A stretch of 35,093 bases of DNA from Candidatus Zipacnadia bacterium (GTDB lineage: Bacteria > Armatimonadota > Zipacnadia > Zipacnadales > Zipacnadaceae), in contig JALGVG010000022.1 of NCBI GenBank assembly GCA_029819875.1, positions 1-35,093 on the forward strand, read 5' to 3'. Position 1 is the first letter of the stretch; each line of letters starts with the position of its first letter. A program made the translations under genes and the position numbers. Shown piece by piece: positions 25,418 through 35,093 of the stretch. The notes beneath the pieces were generated by a model that saw nothing but the letters and a program-made list of their open reading frames with translations, made no database searches and was not told where the DNA came from.

Positions 25418-26181
25418 CAGCAGCCCACCTCCTGCAGGAGTGTGCGAAGATTGTCAGCGGCTATCATCTGCCGTTCGCGGGCAGGGCGCAAGGTGCGGGC
25501 CACCATGGACATGGCCTGGCCCACCTGGTAAGTGGGGCAGCGGGTGCCGAAGAGCATGCGCCGCGGGCCGAACAGCCGGCAGATGCCCTCCAGGCCGCGC
25601 CAGCCCTGGTAGCCGGCAGTCTCGATGTAGAAGTTGGGGTACTTGCCCAGCAGCGGGTACCAGTTCCGCTCCCACTGGGTGAGCTTGGAATGCGTGAGGA
25701 TGACGGGCAGGCGGGGGTAGGTGGCGCAGATGTGGGCGAGGTCATTCCAGACGGGAGGATGGTTCTCCCACTCTATCATCACCGGCATGCGCACCTGTTC
25801 CAAGGCTGCCAGCAGGTCTTCGTAGGCCCAGGGCATGTACTCTTCGCTGGAGCCCCAGATGCCGAAAAACAGGCGCACCATCCTGACGCCGGCGTCGAGC
25901 GCCCGAGCGACGAGTTCGGGGCCGTGCGGCAGTTGGCCGGTGTAATGGTGCATCACCGTCCAGACCGGGTGCAGGCGGTCGCGGCCGTCCAGTTCACGCA
26001 GAAGCTGTTCATTGCCCATGGGAATGTCCCAGCGATTGGTCCAGGCATGCCAGACCATGGCTTCTTCCACGCCGAAGAGGTCCATCTCGCGGAGCAGCTC
26101 GTCCGCGGTGTAAAAGTGACGGGGATTGAAGTCGGGAACAGGGCCGATACGCGCATTGGCATCAAAGAATTGAAAGCGCAT
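25417..26181 (-). CDS. amidohydrolase-2 (PF04909-like) family protein
   Basis: The ATG at 26181 (MRFQFFDANARIG) has GAGGAGG 7 nt upstream. The protein is 254 aa and is related in layout to its downstream neighbour. Confidence 0.8.
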   Translation of the reverse strand: MRFQFFDANARIGPVPDFNPRHFYTADELLREMDLFGVEEAMVWHAWTNRWDIPMGNEQLLRELDGRDRLHPVWTVMHHYTGQLPHGPELVARALDAGVRMVRLFFGIWGSSEEYMPWAYEDLLAALEQVRMPVMIEWENHPPVWNDLAHICATYPRLPVILTHSKLTQWERNWYPLLGKYPNFYIETAGYQGWRGLEGICRLFGPRRMLFGTRCPTYQVGQAMSMVARTLRPARERQMIAADNLRTLLQEVGC

Positions 26182-26321
26182 GATAACGCCTCCTCGCTCG
26201 GTCGGTGGTAGCAAACACAGTAGTTCCCTGCAGAAGCCGCGTCATCCTTTCCGGCAAGCAGGTACGGGAGTAAGAGGCGGGGAACCGGGGATGTGGCATG
26301 ATTGCAAAGGAGGCAGACAGC

Positions 26322-27326
26322 ATGTTAAAGGGCGGAATTATCGGCTTTGGAGCGGTGGGGCAAAACCTGACAAACGTTATCCGTCAATACTTCGATGACG
26401 TTGATATCGTGGCAGTGTGCAACCGCAGTGCGGCCAAGCTGGACATCGCGCGGGAGCAGTTCGGCATCATGCAACTGACACACGACCCGGAGGAATTGTG
26501 CTCGTGGGACGTGGATTTCGTGATGGTATTGTCCAGCAACTACGCACACCGCCAGCACGTGGAGATCGCCGCCCGGCACGGCAAGCACATTTTTTGCGAA
26601 AAGCCCATCGCCACCAGTATCGAGGATGCCGACGCGATGATAAGGGCTGTGGAGAAGGCCGGGGTGGTCAACTCGGTCAACTACTCGCTGCGATTTATCC
26701 CTGCCTACATCAAGCTGCGGGAGCTGTACCGCAGCGGCATGCTGGGCGACCTGCTCAGCATTTCGTGCCTGCGGCTGCGAGGCTACGGGCTGTATGCATC
26801 CGGGGTGAGACACCGGGCGGTCGTGAACCCCCAGGAGTCGGGCGGCTGGGTGGTGCACCACGCCTGCCATGCCATTGATTTCATCTACTGGACGGCAGGG
26901 GAGTATGAGACGGTGTATGCACGCACGGAGAGCACGGCCCCCGAAGGTCCGGAGCTGGTATGGGGGATCGGGAAACTGAAAGAGGGCGGGACCGGCATCG
27001 TGACGGACTCAGTGTGCGCGGCGCGGGAGCACTACGCGACCATCATCGGCACCAAGGCAACGGCTATCATGCACGGGGAGGGGCAGACGCAAATCGTGGT
27101 CACCAAGGAGACCAGCGAACACGACGCGCGGGTGCAGGAGACCTACGAGGTGGAGGACTACAAGTACAATCAAGAGTCGCTGGCACACTTTTTCGAATGC
27201 ATTCGCGAGGGGAAGCAATCCCGGTCCACCATTCGCGACGCGCGCCACTCGCTGGCGGTGGCGTGCTGCATGATGGAGTCGGCAGCGACGGGCAGGCCGG
27301 TGGACATCCCGCCCGTGCAGGCGTGA
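26322..27326 (+). CDS. Gfo/Idh/MocA family oxidoreductase
   Basis: The ATG at 26322 has AAGGAGG 8 nt upstream. The sequence starts MLKGGIIGFGAVGQN, and EKP is present (FCEKPIA). Confidence 0.9.
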   Translation: MLKGGIIGFGAVGQNLTNVIRQYFDDVDIVAVCNRSAAKLDIAREQFGIMQLTHDPEELCSWDVDFVMVLSSNYAHRQHVEIAARHGKHIFCEKPIATSIEDADAMIRAVEKAGVVNSVNYSLRFIPAYIKLRELYRSGMLGDLLSISCLRLRGYGLYASGVRHRAVVNPQESGGWVVHHACHAIDFIYWTAGEYETVYARTESTAPEGPELVWGIGKLKEGGTGIVTDSVCAAREHYATIIGTKATAIMHGEGQTQIVVTKETSEHDARVQETYEVEDYKYNQESLAHFFECIREGKQSRSTIRDARHSLAVACCMMESAATGRPVDIPPVQA

Positions 27327-27400
27327 TGCGCTGCGAGGACGCCAACGGCGCTGCCGGCAGCGGGCTGTGCATTTGAGCAGGCCTGCGAGGAGGCCAAGCA

Positions 27401-27634
27401 ATGGGAAAAGAAGAGGTCAGGATCGCGATATTGAGCGCCGAGGAGGTGGCGCGAGTGGAGGCGTTGGAGCGCGAGCTGGGCGAGGATTACGTGGTCATCG
27501 CCTACGACAAGCCCCTGCAGCCGGCGGAGTTGGACGACGAGCAACTGCGCGAGCTGAGGCGGGCGGAGGCGGAGATAGGCAAGGCGTACCTGGTGGCGTA
27601 CAAGAAGCCGCAGGCCCCAGCGCAAAGTGATTGA
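27401..27634 (+). CDS. small acidic hypothetical protein with internal tandem duplication
   Basis: 77 aa. GAGGAGG lies 9 nt upstream of the ATG. It contains two ~32-aa units, each ending in AY(D/K)KP. Confidence 0.55.
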   Translation: MGKEEVRIAILSAEEVARVEALERELGEDYVVIAYDKPLQPAELDDEQLRELRRAEAEIGKAYLVAYKKPQAPAQSD

Positions 27635-27732
27635 ACACGCAGGGGCGGGCAAGCTGGTCGCAGCAGCGCGGCAATACGAAGAGTCGTCCGGGCCTTCACC
27701 CGCCCCTGTCAGGCGTTGGCGCTAGGGGCGGA

Positions 27733-28515
27733 CTAGCTGTTGATGATGGCCTCGAGCTGGGCCGCGGTGTCGTATATGAAGCGCTCGGGGAACTGCTTGT
27801 AGGGCGAGACCTCGGCGGTCAAGTAGCCGTCATAGCCGACGCCCCGCAATGCATTGACCACCCGTGGGTAGTCCACATCCCCCTGAAGCAGGCCTACGAA
27901 CTGGCGGGTGTTGACGTTGAAGTCCTTGACATGGACGCGCTTGATGCGGCTGCCGAGTATTTCTATCCACTGGTGAGGGTAGCCGTACAACAGGATGTTG
28001 CCTACATCGAAATAAGCCTGGATGAACGGAGAATCGAAACTGTCAATGTAATCGCGGCACTCCAAGGGGCTGAGCAGGAACTTGTTCCAGACGTTTTCTA
28101 GCAGCATCGTCACGCCCAACTGTTCAGCGACGGGCAGCAGCTCCTGGAGACTCTTGCGGGAAATGTCGTATGCGGCGGCGTAGGAAGTGTGCTCGTTGAC
28201 GACGCCCGGGACCACCAGTACCGCATCCGTGCCCACAGCCTGCGCCATCTGCAGTGCCTGCTTGATTCCCTCGACCCCCTTGACGCGCACGTCCTCGTCC
28301 GGGGAGGAGAGCGGTAGTTGCCAATGAGTGCCAGCCATGATCCCGGAGATTTCAATTCCGATGTCCTTGGCCAATTCGGCGATCTGTTCGGCCTGGCGGA
28401 TATCATCTATCCCGGTCAGCTCCACCCCGTCAAGTCCTGCTTCCTTGGCTAGTTCCAAGCGTTCGCGATGGGACATCTTGGCCGGCAACACACCATAGCA
28501 GATTCCCTTCTTCAC
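27733..28515 (-). CDS. sugar phosphate isomerase/epimerase (xylose isomerase-like TIM barrel)
   Basis: 260 aa. The GTG at 28515 has GGAGG 7 nt upstream. GLDGVEL, VVPG and LLENVWN are typical of the AP_endonuc_2/xylose-isomerase-like family. Confidence 0.88.
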   Translation of the reverse strand: MKKGICYGVLPAKMSHRERLELAKEAGLDGVELTGIDDIRQAEQIAELAKDIGIEISGIMAGTHWQLPLSSPDEDVRVKGVEGIKQALQMAQAVGTDAVLVVPGVVNEHTSYAAAYDISRKSLQELLPVAEQLGVTMLLENVWNKFLLSPLECRDYIDSFDSPFIQAYFDVGNILLYGYPHQWIEILGSRIKRVHVKDFNVNTRQFVGLLQGDVDYPRVVNALRGVGYDGYLTAEVSPYKQFPERFIYDTAAQLEAIINS

Positions 28516-28704
28516 TTGAATGCCTCCTTGGTTATATGGATACAGCTAGATTCGTGTGGCAGTATTCGCATCAGGGCACGACGATACCTGCTTGGGACGG
28601 GCACAAATGTCCGCGCAAGCCCCAATAAACCGGCGGTCAAGAGGGCCGCAGGCTGAGGCGGTCGATTCAACGACAGGCAGGTAATTGTTGGGCCCGGGGG
28701 AGTT

Positions 28705-30024
28705 TCAGGACACCTCGTCCGGTCGCTCGGCAGCGTGGCGGATAACCTTGGCCACGGCTACGACAGTCGAACCCTCGTCGGGGGTAGCAATTCGCACGCC
28801 TTGGGCCAAACGGCCTGTGCGCCGGATGTTGGCGACCGGCAGGCGGATGAGGACACCTTCGGAGGTGATGCACATAACCTCGTCATCTTCGTCCACCACC
28901 ACGGCGCCGATGACGTTGCCGTTTCTCTGGGTGATGGTAAGCGTCCTTACCCCCTGGATATTGCGGCCCTTGCGGTGGTATTCGGCCAGGGGGGTACGTT
29001 TGCCCAGGCCTTTTTCAGACACGACCAGCAGGTCACGCTTGTCGTTCTTGTCGACGGCGACTGCAGCGACCAGCGCGTCATCCGGGGCGAGCTTGATGCC
29101 GGCCATCCCGGCGGCATTGCGACCCATGGGCCGGACCAGGGCTTCATCAAAGCGGACGGCCTTGCCCAGCTTGGTGGCGAGAATGATGTCCTTGGTGCCA
29201 TCGGTCCACAGCACCCACCTCAATTCATTGCCCTCGCGCAGGTTGATGGCGATAAGCCCCTTGGATTTGAAGGAAGTGTCGTAGGCCTTGAGAGCGGTCT
29301 TCTTGATCATTCCTTGGCGAGTGACCATGACCAAGTACCCGCCGATGTCGTAGCTTTCGACCGGAATCATTGCGGTCACGCTCTCGCCGGGTTCCAGCGG
29401 CACGACGTTGACGATGGGGGTGCCGCGGGCCGTACGGCTGGCCACCGGCACCTCGTAGGCCTTCACGCGGTACACTTTACCGGTGTTGGTGAAGGCCAGA
29501 ATGAGGTGGTGGGTAGTAGCGACGAAGAGGTCCTGGACGGTATCCTCTTCCTTCTTGGAGAGGGCCACCACACCTCGGCCCCCCCGGCGCTGCACCCTGT
29601 AGGTATCCAGGGGCAGGCGCTTGATGTAGCCGTCGCGTGTGATGGTTATGGTCATGTCTTCCTGGGCGATGAGGTCTTCCATGCTGATGTCATCAGCCTC
29701 GTCGGGGATGATGCGCGTTCTGCGTTCATCGCCCAGCTTGCGCTTTATGTTGCGCAGTTCTTTCTTGATGACCTCGGACTTGACGCGTTCGGACCCGAGT
29801 ATCTCCTTGTACTCGCGGATGTTGCGCTCAAGCTGCTCGTATTCTTGCTGCAACTCGGAACGCGACAGGCGGGTGAGGCGCCCCAGTTGCATGTTGAGGA
29901 TTTCCTCGGCCTGGGCCTGGGTGAAGCCCAATTCGTTCATCAAGCCGTCCCGGGCGGCGGAGCGGTTCTCGCTGCCGCGGATGAGGGCGATGACCTCGTC
30001 GATCATGTCGAGGGCCTTCAGCAC
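28705..30024 (-). CDS. gyrA: DNA gyrase subunit A, C-terminal fragment (frame-shifted relative to the N-terminal part)
   Basis: (V)[18 protein letters not shown]...[13 protein letters not shown] is followed by beta-pinwheel repeats. It continues the GyrA sequence exactly where 29828..31192 loses homology. Confidence 0.92.
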   Translation of the reverse strand: MLKALDMIDEVIALIRGSENRSAARDGLMNELGFTQAQAEEILNMQLGRLTRLSRSELQQEYEQLERNIREYKEILGSERVKSEVIKKELRNIKRKLGDERRTRIIPDEADDISMEDLIAQEDMTITITRDGYIKRLPLDTYRVQRRGGRGVVALSKKEEDTVQDLFVATTHHLILAFTNTGKVYRVKAYEVPVASRTARGTPIVNVVPLEPGESVTAMIPVESYDIGGYLVMVTRQGMIKKTALKAYDTSFKSKGLIAINLREGNELRWVLWTDGTKDIILATKLGKAVRFDEALVRPMGRNAAGMAGIKLAPDDALVAAVAVDKNDKRDLLVVSEKGLGKRTPLAEYHRKGRNIQGVRTLTITQRNGNVIGAVVVDEDDEVMCITSEGVLIRLPVANIRRTGRLAQGVRIATPDEGSTVVAVAKVIRHAAERPDEVS

Positions 30025-31192
30025 CCTCGACGATATGGAGGCGTGCCTCGGCCTGGTTGAGCAGCCAGCGAGTGCGCCTGGTTACGACCTCGCGGCGATG
30101 CTTGAGGAATTCGGCCAGCAGATCCTTGATGCTGCATTGCTGGGGAATGAGCTTGCCGTCGGGCGTCGGTATCAGGGCAAGCAGGTTTGCGCCGAAGGTG
30201 GTACGCAGGGTGGTGTGCTTGTACAACTGGTTGAGCACAACCTGGGGGTTGACGTCACGCCGCAGCTCGATGACCACGCGCATCCCCTTGCGGTCTGATT
30301 CGTCGCGCAGGTCACTGATGCCCTCGACCTTGCCCTGAGCTACGAGCTTGGCGATTTGCTGGAGGAGGGCGGATTTGCCCACCTGATAGGGTAACTCGGT
30401 TATGACAATGGCGTTGCGTTCGCGTTCGATGGGTTCAATGATGGCGCGGGCCTGCATGGTGACGGAGCCGCGACCGGTTTTCATGTATTCTTTGATACCC
30501 TTGATGCCGATGACCAGGCCGGCGGTGGGGAAATCGGGCCCCTGAATGTGCTGCATGAGCTGTTCGATGGAGATATCGGGGTTGTCCAACAGGGCGATGG
30601 CGGCATCCACGACCTCGCCGAGGTTGTGGGGCGGGATGTTGGTGGCATATCCGACAGCGATACCCGAAGAGCCGTTGCACAGCAGGTTGGGGAACGCGGC
30701 GGGCAATACCTTCGGCTCCTGGTTGCGCTCGTTGTAGGTGGGCTGGAAGTCGACGGTGTCCTTGTCGAGGTCTTCGAGCATGGCCATGGCAACCGGCGAC
30801 AACCGCGCCTCGGTATAGCGGGCGGCGCCGGGAGGATCGCCGTCAACCGAACCGAAGTTGCCTTGGGGGTCGATCAACGGGTAGCGGGCGTTGAAGTCCT
30901 GCCCCATGCGCACCAGCGTATCGTAGATGGGCAAATCCCCGTGGGGATGGTAGGTCTTCATCGTCTCACCGACGATGGCCGCGCACTTGGAATGGGGGCG
31001 GTCGGGGGTGAGACCCTCATCGTTCATCGCCACGAGGATACGGCGCTGGGAGGGTTTCAGGCCGTCGCGCACATCGGGCAGGGCGCGCGCGACGATGGTG
31101 CTCATGGCGAACTGCATGTACGAGGTGGTCATCTCCTGCGAAACGGAGATGGGTTCGATGTTGTCTGCGTTCTCTACGATAGTTTCAGCCAT
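29828..31192 (-). CDS. gyrA: DNA gyrase subunit A, N-terminal fragment (authentic GyrA sequence only from 31192 down to about 30023)
   Basis: [17 protein letters not shown] and AARYTEARL (catalytic Tyr) are present. After ...[10 protein letters not shown] the translation becomes an Arg/Pro/Gly-rich out-of-frame tail. Confidence 0.92.
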   Translation of the reverse strand: MAETIVENADNIEPISVSQEMTTSYMQFAMSTIVARALPDVRDGLKPSQRRILVAMNDEGLTPDRPHSKCAAIVGETMKTYHPHGDLPIYDTLVRMGQDFNARYPLIDPQGNFGSVDGDPPGAARYTEARLSPVAMAMLEDLDKDTVDFQPTYNERNQEPKVLPAAFPNLLCNGSSGIAVGYATNIPPHNLGEVVDAAIALLDNPDISIEQLMQHIQGPDFPTAGLVIGIKGIKEYMKTGRGSVTMQARAIIEPIERERNAIVITELPYQVGKSALLQQIAKLVAQGKVEGISDLRDESDRKGMRVVIELRRDVNPQVVLNQLYKHTTLRTTFGANLLALIPTPDGKLIPQQCSIKDLLAEFLKHRREVVTRRTRWLLNQAEARLHIVEGAEGPRHDRRGHRPHPRQREPLRRPGRLDERIGLHPGPGRGNPQHATGAPHPPVAFRVAARIRAA

Positions 31193-31337
31193 TGCTCGTC
31201 CCTTGACTTAAGAATAGTGAAATTCCAGGAATGTGCAGCATTGTTAAAGCCCGTGGAAGGCACACATTATCTGCGGGCTACGCCTGCGGCTCGTCGTGCG
31301 CCGGATACCGGTTGTGGGGGCGCGGGGCGGGAGCCTG

Positions 31338-33299
<1,962 letters not shown>

Positions 33300-33792
33300 G
33301 CTGCATGTGTACTCCTTTGTATTAGTCGGCGTTGTACAGGTTCGCAATATTACCCGTCAGCAGCTCAGCAGTCAGCGGCATAATGCACAGTAATGGCGGC
33401 CTTGTGGGCGGCCGCCGGGGGACACGAGAGGCAAGTACCGACCTCCGCAAGATGTCCAGTGCATAATCATGCTCGTCCGCTATGATTACGCGCTCACACC
33501 AGTGTCCGGGACCATGACATCACGCCATTTTGATGTGTTGAATGCAGCAATGCGGCGCGTGTACCCGATGCTCCCGGCACCACTTCTAATCCCGTGCTAA
33601 TGATACCAAAAAACCGCCTAAAAGTCAACAAAAACCGGCCATCTGGCGGGGTCGTACGGCAGTGACGGCGACGGCGGTTTGTGCAGGGGCGGAGGGGGTA
33701 CCGACCGGGCCAAGGCGGGACAGGATCAGTGCCGATCACGGCGGACTGACGCAGTAAGCAGGTACTGGCCGGAAAATGAGATGCTTAAGGTC

Positions 33793-33822
33793 TTGACAAA
33801 CACAGATGCAAAGGGATATACT
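33793..33822 (+). promoter_or_regulatory. sigma70-type promoter upstream of rpoB
   Basis: TTGACA (33793-33798), an 18-nt spacer, and TATACT (33817-33822). This implies a ~210-nt leader before the rpoB ATG. Confidence 0.5.
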
Positions 33823-34042
33823 ATGAGCTTGGCATTGGAAGTTGAACACAAAAGAGAAGCTGCTATTTTCACCTATTCAGTGCTTGACCTACCCCACAGA
33901 GTATCGCCATGGAATGTGGGGATATTGTCGTTCTGCCGCAAGGTTAGTGACCAGGAACACCAGTAAGGACCACCCAGTTTTTTCGCCCCCCGAGATGGCA
34001 TTGTACTGACCACATAACCTGAAGAGGAGGCTATCGTCGCCT

Positions 34043-35093
34043 ATGGCTGTTGGACAGGCGCAGCTACGCAAGCTACAACGCCGGAGCGATGAGGAATTGC
34101 TCCCGTTGCCGAACCTCATTGAGATCCAAACAAAGTCGTACGAATGGTTTTTGACTACGGGCCTAAGGGAGCTGTTTGACAACTTCTCCCCTATTGAAGA
34201 CTACACGGGGACCGTCAGCTTGGACTTTTTGGACTACTGGTTTGGGAAGCCCAAGAAGACGATAAAGGAATGCAAGGAGAGCGATTCGACCTACGAGGCG
34301 CCCATGTACGTGCGCGTGCGGCTGGTATTCAAGGAGACGGCGGAGATCAAGGAGAGCGAGATTTACATGGGCGAGCTGCCGGTGATGACCGAGTGGGGGA
34401 TGTTTATCATCAACGGGGCCGAGCGGGTGGTCATTAGCCAGCTATCCCGCTCACCAGGGGTTTATTTCAAGGACACCATTGACGCGGCCGGGCGTGTACT
34501 TTACGCGGCCCAGGTGATTCCCGCCGAAGGGGCATGGGTGGAGATAGGCATTGCGGCCAGCGGCTCGGTGGGCGTGAAACTGGGCCAGACGCGCAGGTTT
34601 CCCATCACGGCCCTGCTGCGGGCGTTAGACTGGCTGGACGACGGGACCGGTGATACACCGCGGACCGGCACAGACCTGGAGATACTGGAATGTTTCGGGC
34701 GGCACGTGGCAATCAGTGTTGAGGAGCTGGTTAAGAGCTTCACGCGCCGCGAGGAGCTGACCATGCCCGGGGTGGAAGGCCGGGAGGTATACTACTCGCT
34801 GGAAACCATCACCGATGACGAGGGTGACCCGATTGTTACGGCGCATGAGCCTATCAGGGAGCGAGCGGCCAAGCAGATTCAGCGGATAGGGCGCAAGCGG
34901 GTGCGATGTATCGCCGTACCGTACCAGATTCATGCCACGTTGCAGGACGACTCCACGCACACGGCTCTGGAGGGGCTGCTGGACGTATACCGCAAGATCA
35001 GGCCTGGAGACCCCCCGACCGAGGAAAGCGCCGAGGCGCTGCTGCAGTCGTACTTCTTCGACCCCAAGCGGTACGACCTTTCCCGCGTCGGAC
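34043..35093 (+). CDS. rpoB: DNA-directed RNA polymerase subunit beta (5' part; continues past the window end)
   Basis: This gene is absent from the ORF track because it is open-ended. Manual translation from the ATG at 34043 (GAGGAGG at 34024-34030) gives MAVGQAQLRKLQRRSDEELLPLPNLIEIQTKSYEWFL...GELPVMTEWGMFIINGAERVVISQLSRSPGVYF...FFDPKRYDLSRVG. These are the conserved RpoB N-terminal blocks. Confidence 0.95.
   Translation, partial: MAVGQAQLRKLQRRSDEELLPLPNLIEIQTKSYEWFLTTGLRELFDNFSPIEDYTGTVSLDFLDYWFGKPKKTIKECKESDSTYEAPMYVRVRLVFKETAEIKESEIYMGELPVMTEWGMFIINGAERVVISQLSRSPGVYFKDTIDAAGRVLYAAQVIPAEGAWVEIGIAASGSVGVKLGQTRRFPITALLRALDWLDDGTGDTPRTGTDLEILECFGRHVAISVEELVKSFTRREELTMPGVEGREVYYSLETITDDEGDPIVTAHEPIRERAAKQIQRIGRKRVRCIAVPYQIHATLQDDSTHTALEGLLDVYRKIRPGDPPTEESAEALLQSYFFDPKRYDLSRVG

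Noticed and set aside
27640-27708. Perfect 10-bp inverted repeat CAGGGGCGGG...CCCGCCCCTG with a ~50-nt loop between convergent genes
   Set aside because: It is probably just a GC-rich structure in a convergent intergenic region that aids termination. There is no T-run, and nothing else distinguishes it.
28636-28643. GTCAAGAG match to the cassette -35 region upstream of the isomerase gene
   Set aside because: Only 8 nt are shared. There are no CTCAAACC repeats or G8 tract, and no suitably spaced -10.
28735-30060. 441-aa plus-strand ORF antisense to gyrA (similar ORFs at 30548..31387 and 31977..33209 lie antisense to gyrA and gyrB)
   Set aside because: These are shadow ORFs opposite highly conserved gyrase genes. 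Their products have no motifs and low-complexity Gly/Ala/Asp/Val composition.
33823-33966. 47-codon ORF (MSLALEVEHKRE...) in the rpoB leader
   Set aside because: Its ATG directly abuts the predicted -10 hexamer, so it would lie upstream of the transcription start. It has no SD and no recognisable features.

Overview
GC-rich (judged by eye), densely coding bacterial chromosome segment. I can support about 34 protein genes on both strands. I see no rRNA, tRNA, CRISPR array, transposase, integrase or phage genes. The housekeeping core is gyrB-gyrA on the minus strand, a divergent rpoB 5' end that runs off the window, rplI-dnaB-purD-purE-purF-purM, and a PPi-type phosphofructokinase. Envelope and transport genes are an mlaE-mlaF-mlaD-like operon, a CDF metal exporter, a GT-C-like membrane glycosyltransferase, and two sugar ABC permeases with a small membrane protein nested between them. 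There is also a sugar-type catabolic cluster: two PF04909-like amidohydrolases, Gfo/Idh/MocA oxidoreductases and a TIM-barrel isomerase. Taxon cannot be assigned from sequence alone. The most interesting signal is at 1-4000. A roughly 50-bp promoter-like cassette occurs three times, each time in front of a signal-peptide gene: two paralogous ~310-aa proteins, one followed by a PD40/TolB-like lipoprotein gene, and a small Cys-containing protein. Read on the minus strand, the cassette has two CTCAAACC direct repeats 10 bp apart, then TTGAC(A/G), a G8 homopolymer, and an extended -10. This looks like a dedicated activator-dependent regulon for an uncharacterised cell-envelope module; no regulator gene is in the window. 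Other points worth a second look: (1) a promoter-leader-intrinsic-terminator arrangement immediately upstream of the CDF gene, a riboswitch or attenuator candidate; (2) a frameshift splitting gyrA; (3) gyrA QRDR residues in the quinolone-resistant state; (4) an orphan HsdS-like protein; (5) an unusually long MlaD-like protein with a helical stalk and beta-rich C-terminus; (6) a consensus promoter with palindromic boxes in front of the mla operon. All product calls come from reading the translations by eye; no database search was run.
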